A DNA stretch of 64,000 nt from contig JAMLHR010000010.1 in assembly GCA_023957015.1 (NCBI GenBank), forward strand, positions 8,693 to 72,692, given 5' to 3'. The translations under genes and the position numbers were made by a program. Below the pieces are notes generated by a model, which did not search any database, was not told the origin of the DNA, and saw nothing but the letters and a program-made list of their open reading frames with translations. Numbering within the stretch: position 1 is the stretch's first letter; each line of letters opens with the position of its first letter. The stretch comes from Thermomicrobiales bacterium (GTDB lineage Bacteria > Chloroflexota > Chloroflexia > Thermomicrobiales > UBA6265). Shown piece by piece: positions 35,010-44,812 of the stretch.

Positions 35010-35956
35010 AGCGCCGCCAGAATCTCGGTAGCGAGGCGAGCGCGATCATCGCGGTCGCCCATCAGCGTCTGCAAAACAATCACCTCATGCCCCAGTGCAC
35101 GGATATCGTCCGCAAGCGCCGCGTCCTTCTCGTCGATCACCATGACATCAACAAGCTCACCATACCAGCGAGCGACACCGAGGGCGGAAACCTCATATCC
35201 AGCCTGGTGGAGCATATCGGCCGCCGGTCCCTTGACGGCTTGTCCGCCAATAATCGGACTGACACAGACCTTGCGGGCGGTACTCGCCGATATGGTCTTG
35301 CGCACACCCGCCACACTCAGGATCGGGTCGACGCTTACGATGGGATTACTAGGACAAAAGAGAATCAGATCCGCACCGATGAGGGCTTCAGACACACCCG
35401 GAGCCGATTCAGCGTCCTCGATACCATCGAACCGCACTTCCAGCGCGTGATCGGCGTGCCGACGTCCGACAAAGTAACTCTGAAAATCCATCCAGCCATC
35501 CTCGGTGCGGATATGCGTGTGAACGAGATCGTTCGTCATCGGCAGGATGCGGGTCTGAACTCCCAGCGATATCACCAGCTGGGCGGTTACCTCCGACAGC
35601 GACAACCCCTGCGCCAACCGGTGGCCACGAAGGATGTGCGTGGCGAAATCCTGATCACCGAGCAAGAACCAGGGGTCCTCGCCATAGCGAGCGATGGCGT
35701 CCAGCGTCACGCGCGTATCACCGGCAATCCCCCATCCCTGGTGGACATTTGCCAAACCAGCCAGCGTGTACATGACCGTATCGATATCCGGACTGATCGG
35801 TAAACCCCACAAACTGAAATCGTCGGCCGTGTTGACGATTGCGGTGAGGCGATCGCCCATTCCGAGCGCCGCAAAGCCATCAAGCATGCGCGCACCACCA
35901 ACACCACCGGCAAGTGCCGCGATCTGAATCTTGTCAATGTTCACGTAAGCGACCAT
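35006..35956 (-). CDS. cofD: 2-phospho-L-lactate transferase
   Basis: 316 aa. ALAGGVGGARMLDG, NTADDF and CPSNP motifs. Confidence 0.9.
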   Translation of the reverse strand: MVAYVNIDKIQIAALAGGVGGARMLDGFAALGMGDRLTAIVNTADDFSLWGLPISPDIDTVMYTLAGLANVHQGWGIAGDTRVTLDAIARYGEDPWFLLGDQDFATHILRGHRLAQGLSLSEVTAQLVISLGVQTRILPMTNDLVHTHIRTEDGWMDFQSYFVGRRHADHALEVRFDGIEDAESAPGVSEALIGADLILFCPSNPIVSVDPILSVAGVRKTISASTARKVCVSPIIGGQAVKGPAADMLHQAGYEVSALGVARWYGELVDVMVIDEKDAALADDIRALGHEVIVLQTLMGDRDDRARLATEILAAL

Positions 35957-35999
35957 CCTTCACACATGCGGCCAGCTTGCCATTCGCCTGGAGTTAATC

Positions 36000-37508
36000 G
36001 TGCCACATTCATCACAGCCATTGGCGATTGCCATCGATATCGGCTCATCGTCGGTGCGCGCGTTGGCATTCGATGGGCGCGGTCGACAACTCTACCGCAC
36101 CGATCATCGTGAGCGGTATCGACCGGAGATCACCGCCGATGGCGGCAGCATGTGCGACCCACTGCGGATTCGCCAGCTGACGGCCAAATGTGTACGCAAG
36201 TGCTGCGAGAAACTGGGCGATCGCGTCTCACAGGTGCAAGTGGTTGGCATCAGCTGTCACTGGCATTCGTTGATGGGAGTCTGTCCAGAGGGCGAACCGA
36301 TCACACCCGTCTACATGTGGAGCGACAAGCGCGCGTCTGCTGACGCCACCACATTGGCCACCGAACTCGATGAGGACGAGGTTCACCAACGCACGGGCTG
36401 CCGCATTCACTCCAGCTATTGGCCAGCCAAACTCCGTTGGCTGGAGCGTGAACGTGGACCGGTGGTGGATAACGTCAGTACCTGGTGCGGATTGAGCGAT
36501 TGGCTGTTCTACGCCAAAGGTGTACGTCCGCAAGCGAGCCTCTCCATGGCCAGTGCTACGGGGTTGATGGAAACCTCAAACATGGCGTGGGACGAACCGC
36601 TTCTGGATCATCTTGGCATCGATATCGATCTCCTGCCGGAAATCATCAACCGCTCGCAACCGATATCACCGGAATGGCTGCACCCCGACCTTGTTCCGGA
36701 GGAGTTGAATGCCACCTGGTATCCCCCGCTGGGTGACGGCGCCGCCGCCAATATCGGAGCCGGAGCCGCGGAAAGCAGCCGCATTGCGCTTACGGTTGGC
36801 ACCAGCGGTGCTATCCGCCTGATTCGTCCCCGATACGTAAGTACACCGCTACCACCTGGTCTCTTTCGTTACCTGGTCGATGCTGACTACGAGGTCATCG
36901 GCGGTGCGCTCAGCAACGGCGGCAATATGCTGCAGTGGTTCTCCAGCATTACCGGACTCAAGGACCACAAGGCTGCCATGATCGCGGCCGCGAACATACC
37001 GCCAGACAGCCATGGATTGACCGTGCTACCTTTCTTTGCGGGCGAGCGAGCACCGAGCTGGCGCGACAATCTGGGGGGAACAATCACGGGTATGAGCCTG
37101 GATACATCAGCGTTCTCCATCTACCGTGCCCTCCTGGAAGCAACCGGACATCGCTTCACGCAGGTGTATGATGATCTGCGACAGTTCGCCGACGAGCAGC
37201 ACACGATCATGACCAGCGGCGGCGCGTTGCTGCAATCGCCTCAGTGGTGCCAAATCGTCGCCGATGCGCTTGGTCACGAACTAACGGCGTTACCCACACG
37301 GCTGGAAGCGTCCGCTCGTGGCGCGGCAATCTCGTCGCTGCAGGCGCACGGGCTCCTGGATACTCTCCAACTGCTACCGGAGACACATGGGGCGTTCACC
37401 CCAGCGGCAGCAAATACCGCGATTTACCGACAGGCACAGAAGCGACTGGTTGCGCTGGAATCGGCGCTCAACACTTGGGATCAGGAGATACACCATGAAC
37501 TCGATTGA
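36000..37508 (+). CDS. FGGY-family carbohydrate kinase (gluconokinase/xylulokinase-like)
   Basis: 502 aa with a GTG start. LAIAIDIGSSSVRA N-terminal ATPase motif and C-terminal GGALLQSPQWCQIVADA. Confidence 0.85.
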   Translation: MPHSSQPLAIAIDIGSSSVRALAFDGRGRQLYRTDHRERYRPEITADGGSMCDPLRIRQLTAKCVRKCCEKLGDRVSQVQVVGISCHWHSLMGVCPEGEPITPVYMWSDKRASADATTLATELDEDEVHQRTGCRIHSSYWPAKLRWLERERGPVVDNVSTWCGLSDWLFYAKGVRPQASLSMASATGLMETSNMAWDEPLLDHLGIDIDLLPEIINRSQPISPEWLHPDLVPEELNATWYPPLGDGAAANIGAGAAESSRIALTVGTSGAIRLIRPRYVSTPLPPGLFRYLVDADYEVIGGALSNGGNMLQWFSSITGLKDHKAAMIAAANIPPDSHGLTVLPFFAGERAPSWRDNLGGTITGMSLDTSAFSIYRALLEATGHRFTQVYDDLRQFADEQHTIMTSGGALLQSPQWCQIVADALGHELTALPTRLEASARGAAISSLQAHGLLDTLQLLPETHGAFTPAAANTAIYRQAQKRLVALESALNTWDQEIHHELD

Positions 37509-38358
37509 CATCCTCTACATCCTTGCCCACCCGGACGATGAGTCGTTCGGACACGCTGGCACGATGCTCCTGGCGGCGGGAATGGGTCTCACCACCGCCT
37601 ATGTCTGCGCAACACGCGGCGAAGCTGGTGAGATACGCGATGTCGCCTTGTCGACCAAGCCGCAGTTGGCGGCTCGCCGCGATCTGGAGCTACGCCGCGC
37701 GATGCGACGTGCCGGACTCGTGGATCTGAGGTTGTTGGGCTACCGCGATTCCGGGATGGATGGCACACCGGAGAACAACGATCCGCGCTGTCTGATGCAA
37801 GCAGACGAGGATGAGGTAACCGCTCACCTGGTGGTCGCGATTCGCGATATGAGACCCCGAGTCGTGGTCGGATTCGGACCGGAGGGTGTCTACGGTCATC
37901 CCGACCATATTCGCATCGGCAAGCTCACCGATCGCGCCGTCATCGAAGCAGCGTCCGACGCCGATCCCGGACTCGGAGAACTGTGGCGCGTTGAGGCGTT
38001 CTACCATGTGGCCGCACCACGGGAGCGCTTAATCGCCAGCCGTAACAATCCGGAAAGCCCGTACTATCAGGCACCGATGGAGGTGCTGAATCGATTGGGT
38101 TCGCCAGCCGCCGAGATCACCCACTGGATTGACACCGGCAGCGTCGCGGCAGAGAAGTTCGCGATACTGATGGAACACGCCACCCAGATCAGCAGCGATA
38201 ATCCGATCGCCGACCAGAACAGTGATCTCCACAAGCACTTTATGGGCATCGAGACCGTGATCAAACACGATCTCCCCTGGGAGAGCGCCGCCAACGATCC
38301 CATCTCACATATCCGCGATACGTATCCTGCAAATACCGTAGGGTATAATGCTTTGTAA
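37495..38358 (+). CDS. PIG-L/LmbE family deacetylase
   Basis: MNSIDILYILAHPDDESFGHAG follows GGAGATA. The upstream part of the track ORF (from 37318) overlaps the kinase gene and is Arg-rich noise. Confidence 0.8.
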   Translation: MNSIDILYILAHPDDESFGHAGTMLLAAGMGLTTAYVCATRGEAGEIRDVALSTKPQLAARRDLELRRAMRRAGLVDLRLLGYRDSGMDGTPENNDPRCLMQADEDEVTAHLVVAIRDMRPRVVVGFGPEGVYGHPDHIRIGKLTDRAVIEAASDADPGLGELWRVEAFYHVAAPRERLIASRNNPESPYYQAPMEVLNRLGSPAAEITHWIDTGSVAAEKFAILMEHATQISSDNPIADQNSDLHKHFMGIETVIKHDLPWESAANDPISHIRDTYPANTVGYNAL

Positions 38359-38386
38359 GGCAGAATACGGGAGGCCAACGAACGAG

Positions 38387-38740
38387 ATGGCAATGGTTTC
38401 AGAGACCGAAGTTAAGAGCGTGTGTCCAAAGTTCCACTGTGCTGTGGAGCTTGTGGGACGTCGATGGACGGGGGCGATCCTGAGCGCAATGCTCATGGGC
38501 GCGACCCGGTTTACCGATATCATTCACGCCGTACCCGGACTCAGTGATCGCCTTCTCTCCGAACGCCTGAAGGAGCTTGAGGCCACCGGTATCGTCGATC
38601 GCATCGTCCATCCGGAGACACCCGTACGTATCGAGTATCGGCTGACCGAGAAGGGTCGCGAACTCAACGATGTCATCACCGCGCTCTCATCGTGGGCAGA
38701 TGAATGGATCGAGACACCCTGCGGCGAAGAGGCTCACTAA
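38387..38740 (+). CDS. HxlR-family winged-helix transcriptional regulator
   Basis: CPKFHCAVELVGRRWTGAIL...RFTDI...GLSDRLLSERLKELEATGIV...YRLTEKG is the HxlR signature. Confidence 0.85.
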   Translation: MAMVSETEVKSVCPKFHCAVELVGRRWTGAILSAMLMGATRFTDIIHAVPGLSDRLLSERLKELEATGIVDRIVHPETPVRIEYRLTEKGRELNDVITALSSWADEWIETPCGEEAH

Positions 38741-38754
38741 CCCGGTTCTAACTC

Positions 38755-40059
38755 CTACCAGATAGAGGCAATGGTCCAGACATCAACGGCGATTGGTGCT
38801 GTTGACTCAAGTCTCATCGTGTCCCAACTGTTCGCATCCGTATAGATACGGGTACTCAAGCAAACGCGATCGTTGACGTAGACCTCAACCAGCGAGTGAT
38901 CAACAAAGATGCGAATCTCGGCGATATCCTCTCGCAAAGCCACGCTGAATTGTCCCTCGCGTGCATACAGCGTTAGCGATTGACCGTCCCACTGCAGTAC
39001 GCAGCCGCTGTCCCAGCTGATAGAGAACGGATTGGGTGTCGAGAACACCACCTCACATGCCGCTGATGTGGAAATGTCACCGGACTCGGTTTCATCCTGA
39101 TGACGCGCGCCACGAAGACCATCGACCTCGGCAGCAGGTCTGAACGCCACCGTGCCATCCTCAAGCACGCTCATTTCGCGGGGCAAACTCATCACCCCAC
39201 TCCAGCCCGCAGTAACCTGATCGGCGTCGCTGCGCATCTCACGCATCCAGCCGAAGAAAAGACGGCGACCGTCCTCGCTCCGGAACGTCTGCGGCGCGTA
39301 AAGACAATCGCCGTAATCGACGCGTCCCTTGCGAGCGGCGTGGAAGCGATGATCCGCGACCGATCCGCGCCACCAGGAGACATCGAGGGGATCGCCATTC
39401 CAATCACAGGCGATCAGAATCGGTTCATCGTCCACGAAGCAGAAATCAGGGCATTCCCACCCCGTGCTATCAAGCTGGCCAGACGCATTGAGTTCCGGTT
39501 GCTCGATTGCGAGCGGGTGTAGGTACTCCCATGCCAACAGATCGGTCGAACGGTAGAGCAACACGGCTCCACCCTGCCCCTCGATACCTGAGCCAACACC
39601 CATGTACCAGGTGTCGCCTTCCCGCCAGAGCGTGTGATCACGAAAAATGGTGGTGGGAACTCCCACAGGTGTCTCCGGAACCACCGGATTGCCAGGATGT
39701 TTGCGCCAGCCGATCAGTTCATCGTCCGTTGGCCAGGCGATGCAGCAGCGCTCTTCGGGACCACGAACACCCGTGTAGACCATCGTCGGTACACCCTCGT
39801 GCACCACCATCGCACCACTGAAGCAACCATCGGCATCGGCACCATCAGGATCCTGCACGATGGCGAGTGGAAGATGCTCCCAGTGAATGAGATCGGTACT
39901 GCGCGCGTGTCCCCAACTCATATTGCCCCAGAGTGCGCCGTATGGATTGTGCTGATAGTAGGCGTGATAGACACCATTCCACTGGATCAATCCGTTCGGA
40001 TCATTCATCCAGTTGCGCTCTGGCATGAGGTGATAGATGGGGCGATGGGGATCGGTCAT
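38755..40059 (-). CDS. Glycoside hydrolase family 32 (beta-fructofuranosidase / sucrose-6-phosphate hydrolase-like)
   Basis: NWMNDPNGL, FRDH and WECPDF are the GH32 catalytic motifs. The preferred start is MTDPHRPIYH (track ORF extends to 40086). Confidence 0.9.
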   Translation of the reverse strand: MTDPHRPIYHLMPERNWMNDPNGLIQWNGVYHAYYQHNPYGALWGNMSWGHARSTDLIHWEHLPLAIVQDPDGADADGCFSGAMVVHEGVPTMVYTGVRGPEERCCIAWPTDDELIGWRKHPGNPVVPETPVGVPTTIFRDHTLWREGDTWYMGVGSGIEGQGGAVLLYRSTDLLAWEYLHPLAIEQPELNASGQLDSTGWECPDFCFVDDEPILIACDWNGDPLDVSWWRGSVADHRFHAARKGRVDYGDCLYAPQTFRSEDGRRLFFGWMREMRSDADQVTAGWSGVMSLPREMSVLEDGTVAFRPAAEVDGLRGARHQDETESGDISTSAACEVVFSTPNPFSISWDSGCVLQWDGQSLTLYAREGQFSVALREDIAEIRIFVDHSLVEVYVNDRVCLSTRIYTDANSWDTMRLESTAPIAVDVWTIASIW

Positions 40060-40140
40060 TGTGTCTCCAGTGAATCCGCGTGTCACCAGGATAAGGGCTC
40101 TACCGCCTTCGGCACGCGGAGGCGACGCTGCTACCTCAGG

Positions 40141-42249
40141 CTAGAGTTCCGTCACAATCGGCAACACCAATGGACGCGTCTTCGAGTAGCGATAAAGCAC
40201 CCGACCAACGGTCTCCTTCGTGCGCTGGACGATGAAACCGTACTGCGGCGACTGGTCACCCTGCCGCGTCATTAGACGACGAACCTCGTTCTCAGCTTCC
40301 TTGAGTGCACCGCTGTTAAGCTCGGGCGCCAGTCCCTTGCCAATCAGATACGGTCCCGCCACCAACTCGCTTGTGGCGCGATCAAGGATCAGGGTGACGA
40401 CCACAAATCCATTCTCGGTGAGATTCTCGCGCGTGCGCAGCACCGTCTGCGGATTGCCGCGATCACCGAGGCGATCAACGAGGATGTTGCCACTAGGCAC
40501 ACGACCGCGCTGACCCGCGCCCTTGGCCGTGAACTCGATGATGCCGCCGATCTCGGGCAGCATCACGTTGTCGCGGCGGATGTTGTTGGCAACGCAGATC
40601 TCGCGGTAAAGCGCCATATGGCGATACTCACCGTGAATCGGCACGGTGTACGTCGGTTTGAGCAAGTTGATCATCTTGGCCAGTTCATCGCGACCGGCGT
40701 GGCCGGAGACGTGGACAGCACGATTACGACCGCTGTAGACAACATCCGTTCCCAACTTGAACAGGTTGTTGATCGTGTGACTGACCGTATCCTCGTTACC
40801 CGGAATCGGTGTGGCGGAAACAATGATCTTGTCGCCACGGGAAACCCGAATCTTCGGATGCTCTCCCGCCGCAATGCGGCTGAGCGCGGCACTGGCTTCG
40901 CCCTGTGAGCCGGTCACTACAATGACGCGCTTCTCCTTCGGCATGCGCAACAGCGCATCCAGTGGGATCAGCAAATCGTCCTCATCATCCAGATAACCAA
41001 GTTCCTGGGCAACACGGGAGTTCTGCTCCATGCTGCGACCAGCAACCGCGACCTTTCGGCCATACTTCCGTGCCGCCAACATCGCCATGTGAATGCGGCT
41101 GATATTGGAAGCGAAGGTTGCGATGATCACCTGACCGCGAGCGGTCTTAATCTCCTCATCCATGTTCTGCAAGACGACAGCTTCCGAGGGCGTGCTGCCA
41201 TCAACTTCGACGCGGACGGTATCGCTGAACAGTGCCAGCACACCGCGATCGCCGAGTCGCTTCAACCGCTTCTCATCGGTCGGCTTGCCCATCACCGGTG
41301 TGGGATCGAACTTGAAGTCACCAGTGTCGACGATGGTGCCCACAGACGTGTGCAGTGCGATCGCGCAAGCATCCGGAATCGAGTGGGTCACGTGGATATA
41401 TTCGGCTTTGATATTGCCGAGTTGAACCGTATCGCCGCCCTGCACGGTGTGGAGCTCCACCTTGTCATCCAGCCGCGCTTCCTCCAGCTTCCGCTGAATG
41501 AATCCAATCGCCAGGGGGGTGGCGTAAATCGGCACCTTACGATCACCACGTACCAACTGCGGCACGATGTACGGCAAGCCACCGATGTGATCCTCGTGGC
41601 CGTGTGTGATCAGAATGCCGCGGAAGTTGCGCATGCGATCGAGGACGTAGGTGATATCCGGGATGATGAGATCGATACCGCGCTGCGATTCTTCCGGGAA
41701 CTTGCCACCAGCATCGAGCATAACGATATCCGGGCCGCATTCGACCACGGTCATATTCTTCCCGACCTCGCCCACACCACCGAGCGGGATCACCCGGAGC
41801 GTATCCGGGCCGATCGGGCCAGCAGCTGCGAAACCACCGGGAGGAGCGACATGGCGGGTGCGGGTTGGACGCGTGCTCGCCTCTTCCTCGCGCTGCGGGC
41901 GTCGCACTCGAGGCTGATTCTGCTGCTTGCGCGGTTGCTGTGATCGCGGCTGCGACTCCGCCTTGGGTTGCTGAGCCGCCTCACCGCGAGGTCGCCGATT
42001 ATTCGATGGTTTTGGCGTCTGCTGCTTCGGCTGCTGGGACTCGGCGGGAGGTTGAGCAGCGGCAGCAGGCTTCTCGGTAGCAGCCTTCTTGTTCTTCTTG
42101 CGCTGCTGCCAATAGCGCTTGTTTCGTTTCTGCGTGTTGGAAAGCTCGGGGGTTGATGAAGACTGTTTCGTATTGTCGTTATCCAAAAGAGGGTGTACTC
42201 CGGGCGTCGTTGCGCACGCCATAAACGTGCCACCCGCGTTCAAACGCAA
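40141..42249 (-). CDS. rnj: Ribonuclease J with a ~150-aa basic, Q/P/K/R-rich low-complexity N-terminal extension
   Basis: The core starts at aa ~151 (LRVIPLGGVGEVGKNM) with HGHEDHIGG and a beta-CASP layout. The upstream 150 aa is low complexity, so the true start is uncertain. Confidence 0.9.
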   Translation of the reverse strand: MRLNAGGTFMACATTPGVHPLLDNDNTKQSSSTPELSNTQKRNKRYWQQRKKNKKAATEKPAAAAQPPAESQQPKQQTPKPSNNRRPRGEAAQQPKAESQPRSQQPRKQQNQPRVRRPQREEEASTRPTRTRHVAPPGGFAAAGPIGPDTLRVIPLGGVGEVGKNMTVVECGPDIVMLDAGGKFPEESQRGIDLIIPDITYVLDRMRNFRGILITHGHEDHIGGLPYIVPQLVRGDRKVPIYATPLAIGFIQRKLEEARLDDKVELHTVQGGDTVQLGNIKAEYIHVTHSIPDACAIALHTSVGTIVDTGDFKFDPTPVMGKPTDEKRLKRLGDRGVLALFSDTVRVEVDGSTPSEAVVLQNMDEEIKTARGQVIIATFASNISRIHMAMLAARKYGRKVAVAGRSMEQNSRVAQELGYLDDEDDLLIPLDALLRMPKEKRVIVVTGSQGEASAALSRIAAGEHPKIRVSRGDKIIVSATPIPGNEDTVSHTINNLFKLGTDVVYSGRNRAVHVSGHAGRDELAKMINLLKPTYTVPIHGEYRHMALYREICVANNIRRDNVMLPEIGGIIEFTAKGAGQRGRVPSGNILVDRLGDRGNPQTVLRTRENLTENGFVVVTLILDRATSELVAGPYLIGKGLAPELNSGALKEAENEVRRLMTRQGDQSPQYGFIVQRTKETVGRVLYRYSKTRPLVLPIVTEL

Positions 42250-42444
42250 GCAGATAGCACAAGTTGGTCCATGTCAGTAATGTCGGCCAGTGCCGATCAT
42301 CGTTCGCTGTGTAGCGAGTTTCGCTCTAAGCATCCAGTTGGTGCAGAAATCGCGGCGGGTGCAACTCAGGCCGCAATCGAGAGCGAATAGTGTCGAATCA
42401 CCAGGATCGCCAATGCGTCATGAGTAGTCTACCATGTGGACCGA

Positions 42445-42696
42445 CTACCTCATGGTGGCAAAGAAGAGGAAGATAAGACCGAATCCGATCAAAACGATCG
42501 TGCCTGCAATGCACCCAAGTGCCATCGCGGTACCGGTACCAACGGTCGACTCCGGAACGCCTTCTCCTTGATCGGAGGTGGAGGTAGCAATACTGGGCTG
42601 GTCGGTCTCGTCTGGGGATTCGATCTGGGGTGTATCTGACACGGGAACGTTCTCACTCGATAACACAATGATGGTGGCGAGGAGTATCCCCGCCAC
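42445..42696 (-). CDS. Small hypothetical protein with an N-terminal and a C-terminal TM segment and an acidic S/T/P-rich middle
   Basis: 83 aa with a GTG start after GGGAAGG, 16 nt downstream of the preceding gene. The C-terminus GVPESTVGTGTAMALGCIAGTIVLIGFGLIFLFFATMR resembles a sorting-signal tail. Confidence 0.4.
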   Translation of the reverse strand: MAGILLATIIVLSSENVPVSDTPQIESPDETDQPSIATSTSDQGEGVPESTVGTGTAMALGCIAGTIVLIGFGLIFLFFATMR

Positions 42697-42711
42697 CGTA
42701 GTGTACCTTCC

Positions 42712-43257
42712 CTAACGGCCAGTAACTGAGAGCATGATCGAATCGGCCTCAACTGTCACATCTGTCAGCACCAGGTCATTCTGGTCAAGCCAGGTGTTGA
42801 TGGACTTCTCGAAGCCACCGCCCAATACGGTCATTGTCTGCTGCTGCCACCAACCGCCTTCATCAACATTGATCAGATCGAGATGACCATCACTGGTGAT
42901 ACTCGGGGTGAAAGCGATCTCATAGGTCTGGCCCGAAACCGATGCACTCATCACAATATTATTACCGCGGCTCACGATCCTGAGACTATCCAGATTGTCT
43001 TCGCTGTCGCTGGTATCCTGGAGCTCGGCATTCAGCGCAGAGAAACTGATACGGACATCCTGCCCCTGCTGCAACCGGGCGCGGGAATAGTTGGAGAACA
43101 CGTTCTCTGCCACGATGGTTGAGACACCATCGGCCACCTCATCCCGCAATGCATCGACGGCACGCGGCACGCCGAAGAACCAGCCGATACCACTGGCGAT
43201 GACACACAGAATCAAAAACCCACCGCATCCCAACAGGCAACCTCGTCTCCGAAACAT
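42712..43257 (-). CDS. Membrane-anchored hypothetical protein
   Basis: 181 aa with an N-terminal TM (CLLGCGGFLILCVIASGIGWFF) and a beta-rich soluble domain. No family recognised with confidence. Confidence 0.55.
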   Translation of the reverse strand: MFRRRGCLLGCGGFLILCVIASGIGWFFGVPRAVDALRDEVADGVSTIVAENVFSNYSRARLQQGQDVRISFSALNAELQDTSDSEDNLDSLRIVSRGNNIVMSASVSGQTYEIAFTPSITSDGHLDLINVDEGGWWQQQTMTVLGGGFEKSINTWLDQNDLVLTDVTVEADSIMLSVTGR

Positions 43258-43487
43258 CGTAGCCTCCTCCGGAATTCCCTACACGCTTACCGCTTTATCC
43301 ATTGTCGTTGATTGGAGAAGCGATGGTTGTTACGGAATTGACACACTGATCTCGACAATATCCACGCTTCCTTGGCGGACGGTAGGCGACGATACAACAC
43401 GTAACGAGGGCGGGCAACGTCGGTCGCCCAACTGGTTGAAAAGGACATCAAGCCATGGGGCTTGGTGGGGATTAAAGGGAGGACCTC

Positions 43488-44351
43488 ATGGTCATCAATA
43501 AAGGCCGAATCTACACCTTCACGGTTGTAGCGATCGCGCTCTACCTGTTCCTTCAGTTCATGGTGAATGACGCACCATTCGGTGGTTCGTTCTTCGGCGA
43601 TAACTTCGCCAAGACACTCGACGGCTCCTGGCTGGCATGGGTGCTCCTGGTAGCGATTCCGGTGCTCGGTTTCTGGCAGGCCTCGCAGATCGGTGATCGC
43701 GAGATCGATATCACCCCACATCAGGCCAAGGGCACTCCTGGCGAAGTTGATGACCCGGCCTTCCTAAAGATGCTGACCAGCAATATTTGGCTGAGCGTCC
43801 TCTGGCTGCCATTGCGCTTCGTGCTCGGTATCGCCTGGCTGCATGGTGGTTATCACAAGATCTTCGACGCCGGTTGGGCGAGATCAGGCGAAGTCACACG
43901 CATGGTTGACGGCGCCGCCACACAGGTTCAGATGAACCGCGGTGACTCCCTCAAGGGCTTCCTCATGGGTGCCTACACCCCGAATCCGGATACCGGTGCC
44001 ACGAAGGCTGTGTTCGGTTGGTACGCTGACTTCCTGCAGTTCATTGTTGATCAGGGTTGGACGACCTGGTTCGGTCCACTCATCGCCTGGGGCGAGACCC
44101 TGGTTGGTCTCGGACTCATCTTCGGTGGTCTGCTTGGTGTGGCGGCCTTCTTCGGCACCGTTATGAACATGAACTTCATGCTCGCCGGTACCGTGAGCTC
44201 CAATCCATGGATGTTTGGTATGACCATCTTCATCATCCTCGGCTGGAAGGTCGCTGGTTACCTCGGACTCGACCGCTGGTTGCTGCCGATGCTCGGCACA
44301 CCGTGGACGAGCGACGAAGGTGCAAAGACTACAGCACCGCCAAAAGCGTAG
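43488..44351 (+). CDS. DoxX-like integral membrane protein
   Basis: 287 aa with multiple TM segments. LRFVLGIAWLHGGYHKIFD resembles the DoxX/DoxD motif. GGGAGGA lies upstream. Confidence 0.6.
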   Translation: MVINKGRIYTFTVVAIALYLFLQFMVNDAPFGGSFFGDNFAKTLDGSWLAWVLLVAIPVLGFWQASQIGDREIDITPHQAKGTPGEVDDPAFLKMLTSNIWLSVLWLPLRFVLGIAWLHGGYHKIFDAGWARSGEVTRMVDGAATQVQMNRGDSLKGFLMGAYTPNPDTGATKAVFGWYADFLQFIVDQGWTTWFGPLIAWGETLVGLGLIFGGLLGVAAFFGTVMNMNFMLAGTVSSNPWMFGMTIFIILGWKVAGYLGLDRWLLPMLGTPWTSDEGAKTTAPPKA

Positions 44352-44376
44352 CTTCTTCACAATGATGTGAATGCGA

Positions 44377-44408
44377 AAGGAACCCGGTCCTGATGGGCCG
44401 GGTTCCTT
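44377..44408. terminator. Bidirectional hairpin between the convergent doxX-like and HTH genes
   Basis: AAGGAACCCGG-[10 nt]-CCGGGTTCCTT is an 11-bp perfect stem. Confidence 0.6.
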
Positions 44409-44446
44409 CGTGCGTCATGCAAAGAGATGACTCTCATTGCATCGGA

Positions 44447-44665
44447 TCAGTTCTGCTCCCGCCATTTCAGCCAGGCGACGAGATCGGTCCGCGCGATGCT
44501 AATGACATCGCCGTTGACAATCGTCGCCTTCAGATCGCCACCGAATGCCGCCTTGAGCAACATCGACTCCCGGAGGTTGAGCACCTCCGCCGCCTCTTCC
44601 GGAGAGTACACCTCCTGATGAAGCAACTCCCACAAGTGACTGGTGTTCTGTGTGTTGTCAGTCAT
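44447..44665 (-). CDS. Small excisionase-type HTH DNA-binding protein
   Basis: 72 aa starting at ATG 44665, preceded by AAGGAGG. YSPEEAAEVLNLRESMLLKAAFGGDL...ISIARTDLVAWL is an HTH_17-like pattern. Confidence 0.65.
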   Translation of the reverse strand: MTDNTQNTSHLWELLHQEVYSPEEAAEVLNLRESMLLKAAFGGDLKATIVNGDVISIARTDLVAWLKWREQN

Positions 44666-44812
44666 GACAACCTCCTTTGTATCTGTATACATTATTGCAT
44701 AGAAATGATCGAAACAGGCACTCTTCACCGGAATTCCTGGCGTCAGATGCCCTTGTCAACACACCGCTTTTGCTGTCAGATAAGCCAAGTATGAGTTTGG
44801 AGGTTGTTGCCC

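Noticed and set aside
38344-38349. TATAAT box upstream of the hxlR-like gene
   Set aside because: It is a perfect -10 hexamer, but I found no acceptable -35 or extended -10 at proper spacing, and it lies inside the preceding coding region. That is not enough to call a promoter.
44377-44408. Hammerhead-like CTGATG in the hairpin loop
   Set aside because: Only CTGATGG is present. The CUGAUGA...GAAA core and the three-stem junction are missing, so this is a plain terminator hairpin.
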